Program-made: the position numbers and the translations under genes
The notes under the pieces: generated by a model
The model's database searches: none
What the model saw: only the letters and a program-made list of their open reading frames with translations
Told to the model about the DNA's origin: nothing
In this document: positions 50,147 through 64,000 of the stretch, piece by piece
Position numbering within the stretch: the stretch's first letter is position 1
How the letters are laid out: each line of letters begins with the position of its first letter
Source of the DNA: Candidatus Heimdallarchaeota archaeon
Lineage (GTDB): Archaea; Asgardarchaeota; Heimdallarchaeia; Heimdallarchaeales; Heimdallarchaeaceae
Assembly: GCA_021399345.1 (NCBI GenBank)
Contig: JAAFKI010000010.1
Location: forward strand, 27,046-91,045
DNA: 64,000 nucleotides
Reading direction: 5' to 3'

Positions 50147-50692
50147 TTAATGAGAACCTCTATAATCAGAATATATCTTCATACCTGCCTGGATTGGAAT
50201 CTTGAGGATATTTTCGTCTGGTGTAAAAGAGCAGTTCCAATTGTCATTATAAGCACATAAGGGATTATAAGCTGTATTGAAATCAACTAGATATTTGTCT
50301 TTTGAAATCTTCTCTATTTCTAAGTATCTTCCTATTTTATAAGACTAGTTACCTGTAGTTTTGTCTTTGAATGGAAGGAAAAGATAATCATCTTCAATTG
50401 GTTTGAAAATAGTAAGCGTATTTACTTGACCATCAATCTCAAATTCAATAAAACCAAAACGAATGTATGTTCTTTTATCACCTGTAGTAGTAGGGATTGT
50501 AATATCACTCTGATGCTCAAATTTTTTCATCTCAACTATGAGTTCATATTTTTCATCAATTGGAAAATAGGATAATCCTTTGAAATCTAGTTTCTGTTCA
50601 TGAGAAAGAGGGGAATTTGGAGATTTTTTGAATAGAATATCATTTCGTTCTCTAATTCGCTCTATTTTCTCTTTATGTGTTTTTTTTACCAT
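50147..50692 (-). pseudogene. DUF1684 family gene interrupted by one in-frame TAG (50345-50347)
   Basis: After PFKDKTTGN-TAG the frame continues SYKIGRYL...DFNTAYNPLCAYNDNWNC...ENIL..PIQAG to TAA at 50147. Confidence 0.85.
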
Positions 50693-50761
50693 AAGACTAG
50701 AAGGGTTTGCTCCCTATTTAAGAATTAGATTTCACAAAAAAATGGAATAGGAGTTGATGAA

Positions 50762-51388
50762 CTACCCCATATCAGGATTAATGAACATGAAAAAAGCGTA
50801 GATTGTCAAATAGCCATAATAAACTAACAGGAATAAACGTTGCCAAAGCCCTGATTTACTAATTTTTGGGTTTTTAGAAAGCATGAAAAGAGCAAAGAAG
50901 ATGACACCAAGAATTTGTGCTATCACAGAAACTGCTAGAAATATATTATCGGATATACTTCCCAAAATACTTGGAACAACTAATAGAGTTAGAAATCCAA
51001 TACCTGCGAAAATCCCATGAATTTTTCCCGAAATGCTTTCTTTTTCACCTTTTGAATCTTCTGGGAATATTCCTGCAACAATACCAGCTCCAAAACCAAA
51101 AACAGAAATTAGTATCGCTGTGGCTAGTATAATTCCCTCGTACAAGGGATTGTAATAATAGAAACCAAATCCAATTCCAAATGTGATTATACAGATTCCC
51201 CATACTATCCACCACATTCGAAAAATTGTTTTGAATTTACTCTTCCTGTTTCCTAGTTCACTCATTGTGTCTTCAATGAAACTATAGTCTTCTTTCAAAT
51301 ATCCAAAAATGAAAGTTATGATAAAATCACCAAGAAATGCTAAAAAACCTATAATTGCTGAACTCAGAATGAAGCTTTCAACACTCAT
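50762..51388 (-). CDS. DUF998-like membrane protein
   Basis: YS...TMSELG, GIFPED, IHG, GLWQR. Confidence 0.8.
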   Translation of the reverse strand: MSVESFILSSAIIGFLAFLGDFIITFIFGYLKEDYSFIEDTMSELGNRKSKFKTIFRMWWIVWGICIITFGIGFGFYYYNPLYEGIILATAILISVFGFGAGIVAGIFPEDSKGEKESISGKIHGIFAGIGFLTLLVVPSILGSISDNIFLAVSVIAQILGVIFFALFMLSKNPKISKSGLWQRLFLLVYYGYLTIYAFFMFINPDMG

Positions 51389-51458
51389 ATAGTTAACATA
51401 ATTTTAGCCATATATTAATCATAGTACAGACTCTAAGTTAGTGAAGAATTAATACTTC

Positions 51459-51752
51459 TTACTCAGGTTTATGTTTCTCATTTATTAGCTCAAATATTTC
51501 GTTAGCAATTTCTTGAGATCCTCCTGAATCATCCCAAACACTAGTTGGGGCAAAGATGTACCATAGTTTGGAAATTTCCTCTAGTTCTCCATTTTTAGCC
51601 TTGTTAGTTATGTCTTGAATGAATAGACCTACATCTTCACATGTATCAAAATATGAGAAAGTAGGTTGATCGCTATTGGCTATCATTTCATTTGCAGCTT
51701 TATCAAGAAGCGAAAAAAGTTTTTGTGTTTCGTCGTCCATCATTTCTCCCAT
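51459..51752 (-). CDS. hypothetical protein
   Basis: 97 aa; LWYIFAPTSVWDD looks like a conserved block, but family not assigned. Confidence 0.65.
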   Translation of the reverse strand: MGEMMDDETQKLFSLLDKAANEMIANSDQPTFSYFDTCEDVGLFIQDITNKAKNGELEEISKLWYIFAPTSVWDDSGGSQEIANEIFELINEKHKPE

Positions 51753-51805
51753 CGTTTAGAATATAGTGTACTGAATTTATAAAAATAATTGATTGGTATA
51801 ATGAT

Positions 51806-52756
51806 TTGAGTAGCTTTAAATATTCCTTTAGACAAGTGTTTGTCTTGATAAACATGAGCAGAGGATTGCGATCCCTTATTTGTGGAATATCATTAGTTTT
51901 GTTTTTAATTTGTTCTAGTGGTATTCAAACTCAAGCAGTTACTTGGACTACTTATGGTTCAATGTACGAATATACTGAAGAGAGCACATTAGTCACCTAT
52001 CAAGATGGAAAAAAATACGATGAAGGAACTTTCACAGATTCGTTAATGGTTTGGAACGTAACTGCTGTTGGAGATAAAGTATATTTTCAAACTAATTTCA
52101 CTCCTTATTTCATGGGATTAGTTCATTTTGAAACACAACAAGAATATGATGAATATTTGGAAGAACATTATTGGTGTGATAGTAATGAAGGTAATATGAC
52201 TGTTGCATATTCAGTAGTTGGAACAGATTTCCGATTTGTTGATATGCTTGATTATTCGCTATTACTTAATGCAACTGTAACTGAATTTGATATTAGGTTA
52301 CTTTACCAAGAAATCTATGGTTTGTTTTTACCTATTAATCACACCTCATTTGGTTTCAAAACAGAGTTTAATTCAGATTTTATAACTGAGAAACCTATTC
52401 AAGATTTGGTCTTTACACAAGAAGATACCTTCGTTTTGGATAGAATGAAATATGAAGGATATTACATATCTCTAGAATATTCCTTTTTCGATACTAAACC
52501 TGACTTAGATACTCGCTTTGATATCAAATTTATTACAAAGTATTCTCTAAATGGGGAGTTATATTCATATGAGATTAGCGAACTAATCTATGATGTGACT
52601 CACAAAGAGAGAATTCAATATTATGAAACTTTGTTTACTCTAGATTCCCAATATCGCCAAAATGGTGTTCGAAGAATTAGTTTTGCAGGACCTTTAATTA
52701 TCTTAGGATCACTTATATTAGCTACTTATGCTTTGACTAAACGAAGAAGGAATTAG
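51806..52756 (+). CDS. secreted/surface protein with C-terminal TM and basic tail
   Basis: Signal peptide (probable start MSRGL), several NxT/S sequons, C-terminus GPLIILGSLILATYALTKRRRN. Confidence 0.75.
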   Translation: MSSFKYSFRQVFVLINMSRGLRSLICGISLVLFLICSSGIQTQAVTWTTYGSMYEYTEESTLVTYQDGKKYDEGTFTDSLMVWNVTAVGDKVYFQTNFTPYFMGLVHFETQQEYDEYLEEHYWCDSNEGNMTVAYSVVGTDFRFVDMLDYSLLLNATVTEFDIRLLYQEIYGLFLPINHTSFGFKTEFNSDFITEKPIQDLVFTQEDTFVLDRMKYEGYYISLEYSFFDTKPDLDTRFDIKFITKYSLNGELYSYEISELIYDVTHKERIQYYETLFTLDSQYRQNGVRRISFAGPLIILGSLILATYALTKRRRN

Positions 52757-52969
52757 TTATCTTCTTCTTTTTTATTACTTATTTTGACCTTGCATTAAGG
52801 TTATCTTTTCGGAAGGGCATCCTTCTTGGATGAGTATGAAAAATGGTATTCAAATAGCTGTAATTTTACCATTTAAAAAATTGCATCTGGCCCGTTATTC
52901 TCCCCTATTCACATTTCTCACTGCTTAATATTGTAATAACGTTAATATAATAAATGTAGATTTTATTGT

Positions 52970-53431
52970 ATGCTCATGCCTGGAGAAAACGTACGAACTG
53001 GTTGGTTTTTCAGAGATACAGGGCCTCCTAACGATAATTCTTATTATGAAAATATGACTCGATGTGTATTCCAAGCAGGTTTAAGCTGGCAGCTTATTTC
53101 TGATAGGTGGCCTAATTTCAAAGAAGCTTTCAAAGATTTCAACATAGAAGAAGTGAGTAAATTTGATGAAGACGATATTGGAAGACTATTACAAGATTCA
53201 GGAATAATTAGAAATAGAGCTAAGATTGAATCAGCTATTATCAATGCAATGGTCTTTTCAGAGATTAAGGAAGAGTATGGATCCTTCAGAGATTTCATGG
53301 ATAATTTAGATACATCAGAGAATTACAAGCATGTCAAAAAAGAGCTATCAAAACGTTTTGAACGAATGGGGCCTAAAACATCTATGATATTTTTGTATAG
53401 TATTGGTGAAAATATAAAACATGAAGGTTAG
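52970..53431 (+). CDS. tag: DNA-3-methyladenine glycosylase I family (short variant)
   Basis: FQAGLSW, AFKDF, LLQDSGIIRNRAKI, GPKT...FL.SIG. Confidence 0.85.
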   Translation: MLMPGENVRTGWFFRDTGPPNDNSYYENMTRCVFQAGLSWQLISDRWPNFKEAFKDFNIEEVSKFDEDDIGRLLQDSGIIRNRAKIESAIINAMVFSEIKEEYGSFRDFMDNLDTSENYKHVKKELSKRFERMGPKTSMIFLYSIGENIKHEG

Positions 53432-53453
53432 TGATTAGAAATTATTATTTTCG

Positions 53454-53831
53454 TTAAGCTAAGAATACTAAAAATACAAAATCTATTATTACTAAAACAA
53501 ATGTTAGAACTGCTGATATAACTAATACAATTAGTAACATTTTGTACTTCTTTTTACCATAAATTCCGATAGCATTAACAATTGCATATAGTATTAGCCC
53601 CATAGCAAATAAGAATAGATAAAGCCCCCAAGTTAATTGTAAGATTAATGCTATCCCCCCTACTATGGCTAATATAGACATAATAAGTTCAGCAGCAATA
53701 TGAAACAATCTTTCAAATGGATGTTCTATAAATTGGATCCCTTGTTTTCTAAGTAGTACTATGATCCAGAGTAAAGCCGTGATAGTACCGGCACTAATTG
53801 AAAATATACCTGAGATTATTTCTAAAAACAT
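53454..53831 (-). CDS. small four-TM membrane protein
   Basis: Four hydrophobic helices; FHIAAE block. Confidence 0.7.
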   Translation of the reverse strand: MFLEIISGIFSISAGTITALLWIIVLLRKQGIQFIEHPFERLFHIAAELIMSILAIVGGIALILQLTWGLYLFLFAMGLILYAIVNAIGIYGKKKYKMLLIVLVISAVLTFVLVIIDFVFLVFLA

Positions 53832-53952
53832 AATTATCTTTTTTATTACTATATTATAATATTTTCTTAAAGTTTGTAGTAGCTAGAGAATCTTCTCTAA
53901 ATAGGATTTTGATGTTTAATATAAAAGAAAAAGAGGAAAAAGAAAAAATAGA

Positions 53953-55467
53953 CTAAACTATAAGTGCTATTTTACTCACAATTAATTCTGGCCATAAGCC
54001 AAGAACTATTAGAACAACTGCAATTATAGCTAAAGCTAATTTTTCGAATATTGGTATTTTTATTTTGCCTGTATCTTCAGCGTCTGGTTCATCGAAGAGC
54101 ATTTTCTTTAGAATATATAGATATCCTCCTAAAGCAAGTAAGGAGTTAATGATAGCCATAATGACCAACAAAATGCTGTTAATGAACATCAGAGGATTAA
54201 CGGCGTTGGCACCACCATTGAAAGTAGCAAGAATTACCATTAGTTTTGATGCAAAACCAGCTGTTATAGGAATACCTCCTAAGGATAACAAACCTATTGT
54301 TAGGACTGCACCTATAAAGGGTGATTTTCTTCCTATACCTTTCATATCTCTGAGATCTCTTGATCCAAGTGTTGTAATTAGAACTCCACTGAGCAAGAAC
54401 AGACCGCCTTTACCTAGAGCGTGGGTAAGTATGTGGAATACTGATGCTTGAACTCCTAAATTGCCAGGGGCTAGAGAACCAATTCCGAGTATGATGTAAC
54501 CAAGGTGTACAGTGGTCGAATATGCTAGGATTCTCTTGAAATCAACAATATCTTTACGTTTGAATTGAGCGAACACTAAGTAATTCCCTTCAATCATAGT
54601 TAAGATACCTAACCAAGAGATAACAGCTCCGGCACCAGCACTTAATACATCAGGAGTATATGCGAAGTATAAGGTTCTATAGATACCTATTGCACCAGCT
54701 TTAACAACGATTCCAGAAAGTAGTGCGGAAATAGTTGAAGGAGCTGAGCTGTGAGCATCTGGTAACCAAGCGTTCAAGAATAGCATAGCAGCTGTTACTG
54801 CAAAGCCTGTTATGAACAGAGCGATTATTATTGCGGCTATAGCTGATGTACCACTAGCTTGTACTGCTATTGAAACGAGTTCAAAGTTTACTTCACCATA
54901 GAAACCGTATGTCAAAGCAGTAGCTAATAAAACTAACATACTTCCAGCAGTTGACATGATAAAGTATTTCATCGACGCTTCTACTGCACCTCTTTTTGTT
55001 CTCTCAAAAGCTACCAGCACATAACCACTTAGTGCAAACAGCTCCCATCCAACAAATAGTGTGATGAAATTGTTTGCCATAGTTACAGTACTTAAACCAG
55101 TGAGCAAAGTGAAGATTAATGCATAGTAGTAACCAAGTCCATTTTTACCTTTCATGTAGTTAACGCTGAATAGTACTACCATCCAGACAAGGAAGCTGAA
55201 TATTGTGATTAGCACTGCTTCAAGTTGTCCAAACCTTAGTAAATCTCCTGTTGTACTAGCAATGTAGTCTCTAAACGCAGGCACATAAGCTGAAATAAAT
55301 CCTAGAACAAAGACGCTAAATGCAATTATGTTAGCTAAAGCATGATTAACACAATCAGCTTTTATCTTTATTTTGATTAAGAATTTCTTCAGTTGCTCAA
55401 ATAGTGACAAGAGTATAGCAGCAGCAATTGGTATAATCAAGATTAAGGATAGATATGTGTTCAACAT
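53953..55467 (-). CDS. antiporter-like proton-translocating subunit (NuoM/NuoN/MrpD-like)
   Basis: FVGWEL, EASMKY, WLPDAHSSAPS.ISALLSG..VK, KRILAYST, HALGKG.LFL. Confidence 0.9.
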   Translation of the reverse strand: MLNTYLSLILIIPIAAAILLSLFEQLKKFLIKIKIKADCVNHALANIIAFSVFVLGFISAYVPAFRDYIASTTGDLLRFGQLEAVLITIFSFLVWMVVLFSVNYMKGKNGLGYYYALIFTLLTGLSTVTMANNFITLFVGWELFALSGYVLVAFERTKRGAVEASMKYFIMSTAGSMLVLLATALTYGFYGEVNFELVSIAVQASGTSAIAAIIIALFITGFAVTAAMLFLNAWLPDAHSSAPSTISALLSGIVVKAGAIGIYRTLYFAYTPDVLSAGAGAVISWLGILTMIEGNYLVFAQFKRKDIVDFKRILAYSTTVHLGYIILGIGSLAPGNLGVQASVFHILTHALGKGGLFLLSGVLITTLGSRDLRDMKGIGRKSPFIGAVLTIGLLSLGGIPITAGFASKLMVILATFNGGANAVNPLMFINSILLVIMAIINSLLALGGYLYILKKMLFDEPDAEDTGKIKIPIFEKLALAIIAVVLIVLGLWPELIVSKIALIV

Positions 55468-57311
55468 TAGACCATCACCACCAACAAAGTAGCAACAACA
55501 ATAAATATCGCTACCACTGATCCAAAGATCATGTTCCAGTTTATCTTACCAGTCTTGAAGAATGATAATTTTTGACCAATCCAGAAGACAGGCTTGACAA
55601 ACACTAAATTGTACAAGTGATCAATATAGAATCCGTTTGCTACAAAAGTTCTCAGAGCTTTGAAGACATTGATTTTTTCTACAAAACCTACTTCTGTTTG
55701 TCCTTTACCATAGAACAGATAAGCTAATCCTAACCCAAGAATGATTGCACCTATTGCACATAAGAATGGCACAAGTACTACGTGAATTAGGCTATATCCT
55801 GTATCTCCTGAAAAGAAGTTACTAGCTGGACCTTCAATTATGAAACCTGTAGCTACTACTAGAACTGCTAATATAGCCAGAACAATTCTCATGATATACT
55901 TTGGTTTGTGCACACGAGCTCCTCGGTTCTTGCCATGGAATATCATCAAAAACATTCTTGCAGCATATAAAGTTGTTAAGAATGCTACTAAAATACCTAC
56001 GATGAAAGTAAACCAATGCATTGAGGCACCATCGATTGCCGCTGCTTCATATGCAGCTGTTATTATCATTTCTTTGGAATAACCACCATTTGTGATAATT
56101 GGAATACCAATTAAACCGAGAACACCAACCATCATGAATCCGTAAACCCAAGGTAGGTCTTTTTTCAAACCACCCATTTTCTTCATATCTCTTTCTTCTG
56201 CAATAGAATGAATTATTGCACCTGCTGACAAGAACAGTAGGGCTTTGAAGATTGAGTGAGATAATAAGTGCATCTGACCAGGTATTAGTCCAGTTCCATG
56301 ATCCTCTCTTATTGTAAAGGCTAAGAACATATAGCTGAGCTGTGAGATTGTGCTGTATGCAAGAACTCTTTTCAGATCTGTCGTAACTAATGCACCAAAT
56401 GCAGCAGCTACACAAGACACTCCAGCTATTATCATTAGTACAATGTAGAAGAATTCGTTATCCCAGATGGGTGAGAATCTAGCTACTAAGTAGACACCAG
56501 CTTTAACCATTGTTGCAGCATGTATTAATGCTGAAACTGTAGTTGGACCTTGCATTGCATCTATATCAACAGTATCACCTGCACTCAACCATGATTGTAA
56601 TGGGAATTGTGCAGATTTTGTTATCGGAGCTAAGAGTAATAGAATACTCATAACAATTGGATAAGTTCCTCCAAGTGGTGTTGTTGTGTCTATGAGCAAT
56701 GGATTAGATAAACCAAGTTTTTTGTTTTCATAGTAAATCCAAGCTAAGAATGCTAAGAGACCAACATCTCCAATTCCTGTCATGATGAGAGCTTTAATTC
56801 CGCTCTTTGCTGGTTTTTCTCCTGCTTCACCTTTCTTCATGAAGTAGTGACCGATTAGGAAACAAGAACAAAGTCCTACAATTTCCCAGCCAAGGAATAA
56901 GAATACCATATCATGGGCAAGAACTAGTAAAAGCATACCTCCAACGAACATTTGCATGAAGAACCAATATCTTGCTTTGTGTTTGTCTTCTTTCATGTAT
57001 TCTATAGAAAAGAATGCGATTAGCATACTCAAAATTGATACAATTAGCACCATTAAGACAGATAATGAATCCAAGAATATACCTGATTTATTATCTCCCC
57101 AATTCATCCAATTTAAGAGATAGGTAGTTTCTCCTTTATAAGTACCAAATATCAAAATTGACATTATTGCTGATACTGCTATTGTAGATACGCTGAAGAA
57201 GTCTCTAACTGTTGGTAATTTCTTCAATAGTAATGATAGAAAAGAACCAATAATTGGAACTACTACAGAAATTATTGCAAATAGTATTATTGTTTGTACC
57301 ATTTTTATCAC
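55467..57311 (-). CDS. nuoL: NuoL-like proton-translocating subunit
   Basis: GWEIVGLCS, KSAQFPLQSWL, AMQGPTTVSALIHAATMVKAG, DLKRVLAYSTISQL. Confidence 0.92.
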   Translation of the reverse strand: MIKMVQTIILFAIISVVVPIIGSFLSLLLKKLPTVRDFFSVSTIAVSAIMSILIFGTYKGETTYLLNWMNWGDNKSGIFLDSLSVLMVLIVSILSMLIAFFSIEYMKEDKHKARYWFFMQMFVGGMLLLVLAHDMVFLFLGWEIVGLCSCFLIGHYFMKKGEAGEKPAKSGIKALIMTGIGDVGLLAFLAWIYYENKKLGLSNPLLIDTTTPLGGTYPIVMSILLLLAPITKSAQFPLQSWLSAGDTVDIDAMQGPTTVSALIHAATMVKAGVYLVARFSPIWDNEFFYIVLMIIAGVSCVAAAFGALVTTDLKRVLAYSTISQLSYMFLAFTIREDHGTGLIPGQMHLLSHSIFKALLFLSAGAIIHSIAEERDMKKMGGLKKDLPWVYGFMMVGVLGLIGIPIITNGGYSKEMIITAAYEAAAIDGASMHWFTFIVGILVAFLTTLYAARMFLMIFHGKNRGARVHKPKYIMRIVLAILAVLVVATGFIIEGPASNFFSGDTGYSLIHVVLVPFLCAIGAIILGLGLAYLFYGKGQTEVGFVEKINVFKALRTFVANGFYIDHLYNLVFVKPVFWIGQKLSFFKTGKINWNMIFGSVVAIFIVVATLLVVMV

Positions 57312-57622
57312 CTCTTCAATGTAGCCATCTCATCTGTATCCACGCTATGAGCATGTCGATAATTATTGATGGCTATTGCTAAACCTACAGCCAATACAGC
57401 TGCACCAATAGCGATTGAAATCAAAGGAAAGATCTGTGCAAACCTTGTAAAAGTTGCATTAGCAATATTTGCTCCCAAAGCAATAAACACGACATTTACA
57501 GCTATTGTCATTATTTCAATACCCATAAGAATCTTGATGAGATTTCTTTTTCCAAGTAAGGCATACAAGCCTACACCAAATAAGACAATGCCTAGAATCA
57601 GTAAATGAAATTGTTCTATCAT
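57308..57622 (-). CDS. nuoK: NuoK-like subunit
   Basis: Three TM, RNLIKILMGIEIM, AVGLAI. Confidence 0.88.
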   Translation of the reverse strand: MIEQFHLLILGIVLFGVGLYALLGKRNLIKILMGIEIMTIAVNVVFIALGANIANATFTRFAQIFPLISIAIGAAVLAVGLAIAINNYRHAHSVDTDEMATLKR

Positions 57623-58118
57623 GCTTTTGTCTCCTCCTTGTGTTTCTTCTTATGATGGATAAACAATGATCCAATGCCTATAGATGTTGCAAAGAACACA
57701 ACAGCTTGTAGTATCAAATCAGTTAATCTTTCTGTCCATAGAGCACGTAAGGATTCACCTATAGTGCTTGTTCCGAATGTAATACTAAGATCTGAATCTA
57801 TTACTCCCCAAATTGCTATCCCCATTAGAATAGCTACAATGACAAGTGCAATTACAGATCTCTTCCAGTCAAATGATTCATCTCTCTGTTTTTCTGTTAA
57901 AGCTACAACCACAACAAATAGTGCAGTAAAACCACCACCATATACTATGAGTTGTATCCACGCTAGAAACATAGCGTTAAGTGTCAATAACAATACCCAG
58001 AGAAATAGATTCATAGCTATCAAACCAATTATAGAAAACATTAGTCGTCTGCATTCCAGTGCAAAGATTGCAGCTAGAATCGCTAGAATCATGAATATAT
58101 ATATGATTACTAAACTCA

Positions 58119-58119
<1 letters not shown>
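57619..58119 (-). CDS. nuoJ: NuoJ-like subunit
   Basis: LNAMFLAWIQLIVYGGG..LFV. Confidence 0.85.
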
Positions 58120-59652
<1,533 letters not shown>

Positions 59653-59767
59653 TTAAGAGCTAATTTTTAAGTTTTATCGTGGGTAGTTGGGGAAAAAATA
59701 TGAACAAAACATCACTTAGTTAAGGTAATAAACCAAAATGTGTTAAAAAAAGCTGATTTTGCTAAAA

Positions 59768-63836
<4,069 letters not shown>

Positions 63837-63934
63837 GTAAGTTAGTGATTGATTTGATTAAAAAGCTGATCCCCTATATTAGGTGATCCGTTATTTTTCT
63901 AATAATATTTGAAATAATTAATAAACTTAATAGT

Positions 63935-64000
<66 letters not shown>

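Noticed and set aside
33518-53831. Genomic island integrated at tRNA-Trp
   Set aside because: Accessory-looking content, but no integrase, transposase or duplicated tRNA 3' end was found, and there is no obvious composition shift.

Overview
AT-rich archaeal chromosomal segment, most consistent with an Asgard archaeon (probably Heimdallarchaeia; inferred from a ribophorin-I homologue, the archaeal aIF1A/Rio1/Dim2/aIF2beta/Nmd3 cluster, an intron-containing tRNA-Trp and a Complex-I-like membrane arm next to hypEF). Left to right: NDP-sugar nucleotidyltransferase (partial), Trm112, deoC-mutS-mutL, ribophorin I, a MoeB/ThiF E1-like enzyme and an N-acetyltransferase. An ~11 kb surface-modification locus follows (exosortase-type transpeptidase, three GT4, GT2, ArnD-like deacylase, YkgJ, group IV PLP decarboxylase, BpsA-like aminopropyltransferase, GT-C-like membrane protein). 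Next come metG with a long, apparently structured leader, the translation/ribosome-biogenesis cluster, pepF and tRNA-Trp. An accessory region holds hydrolases, GNATs, a long bactofilin-like protein, an ABC exporter pair, a DEDDh-NDT fusion and two genes each interrupted by one in-frame stop. The window ends with a nuoH-A-J-K-L-M/N membrane arm lacking catalytic subunits, hypF/hypE and a partial tRNA-Ser. The best candidate for an undescribed system is the exosortase-linked amino-glycolipid locus, whose parts list parallels GPI anchoring; this is an inference from motifs and gene neighbourhood, not demonstrated. No CRISPR array, integrase or transposase was seen. All assignments come from motif recognition by eye, without database searches.
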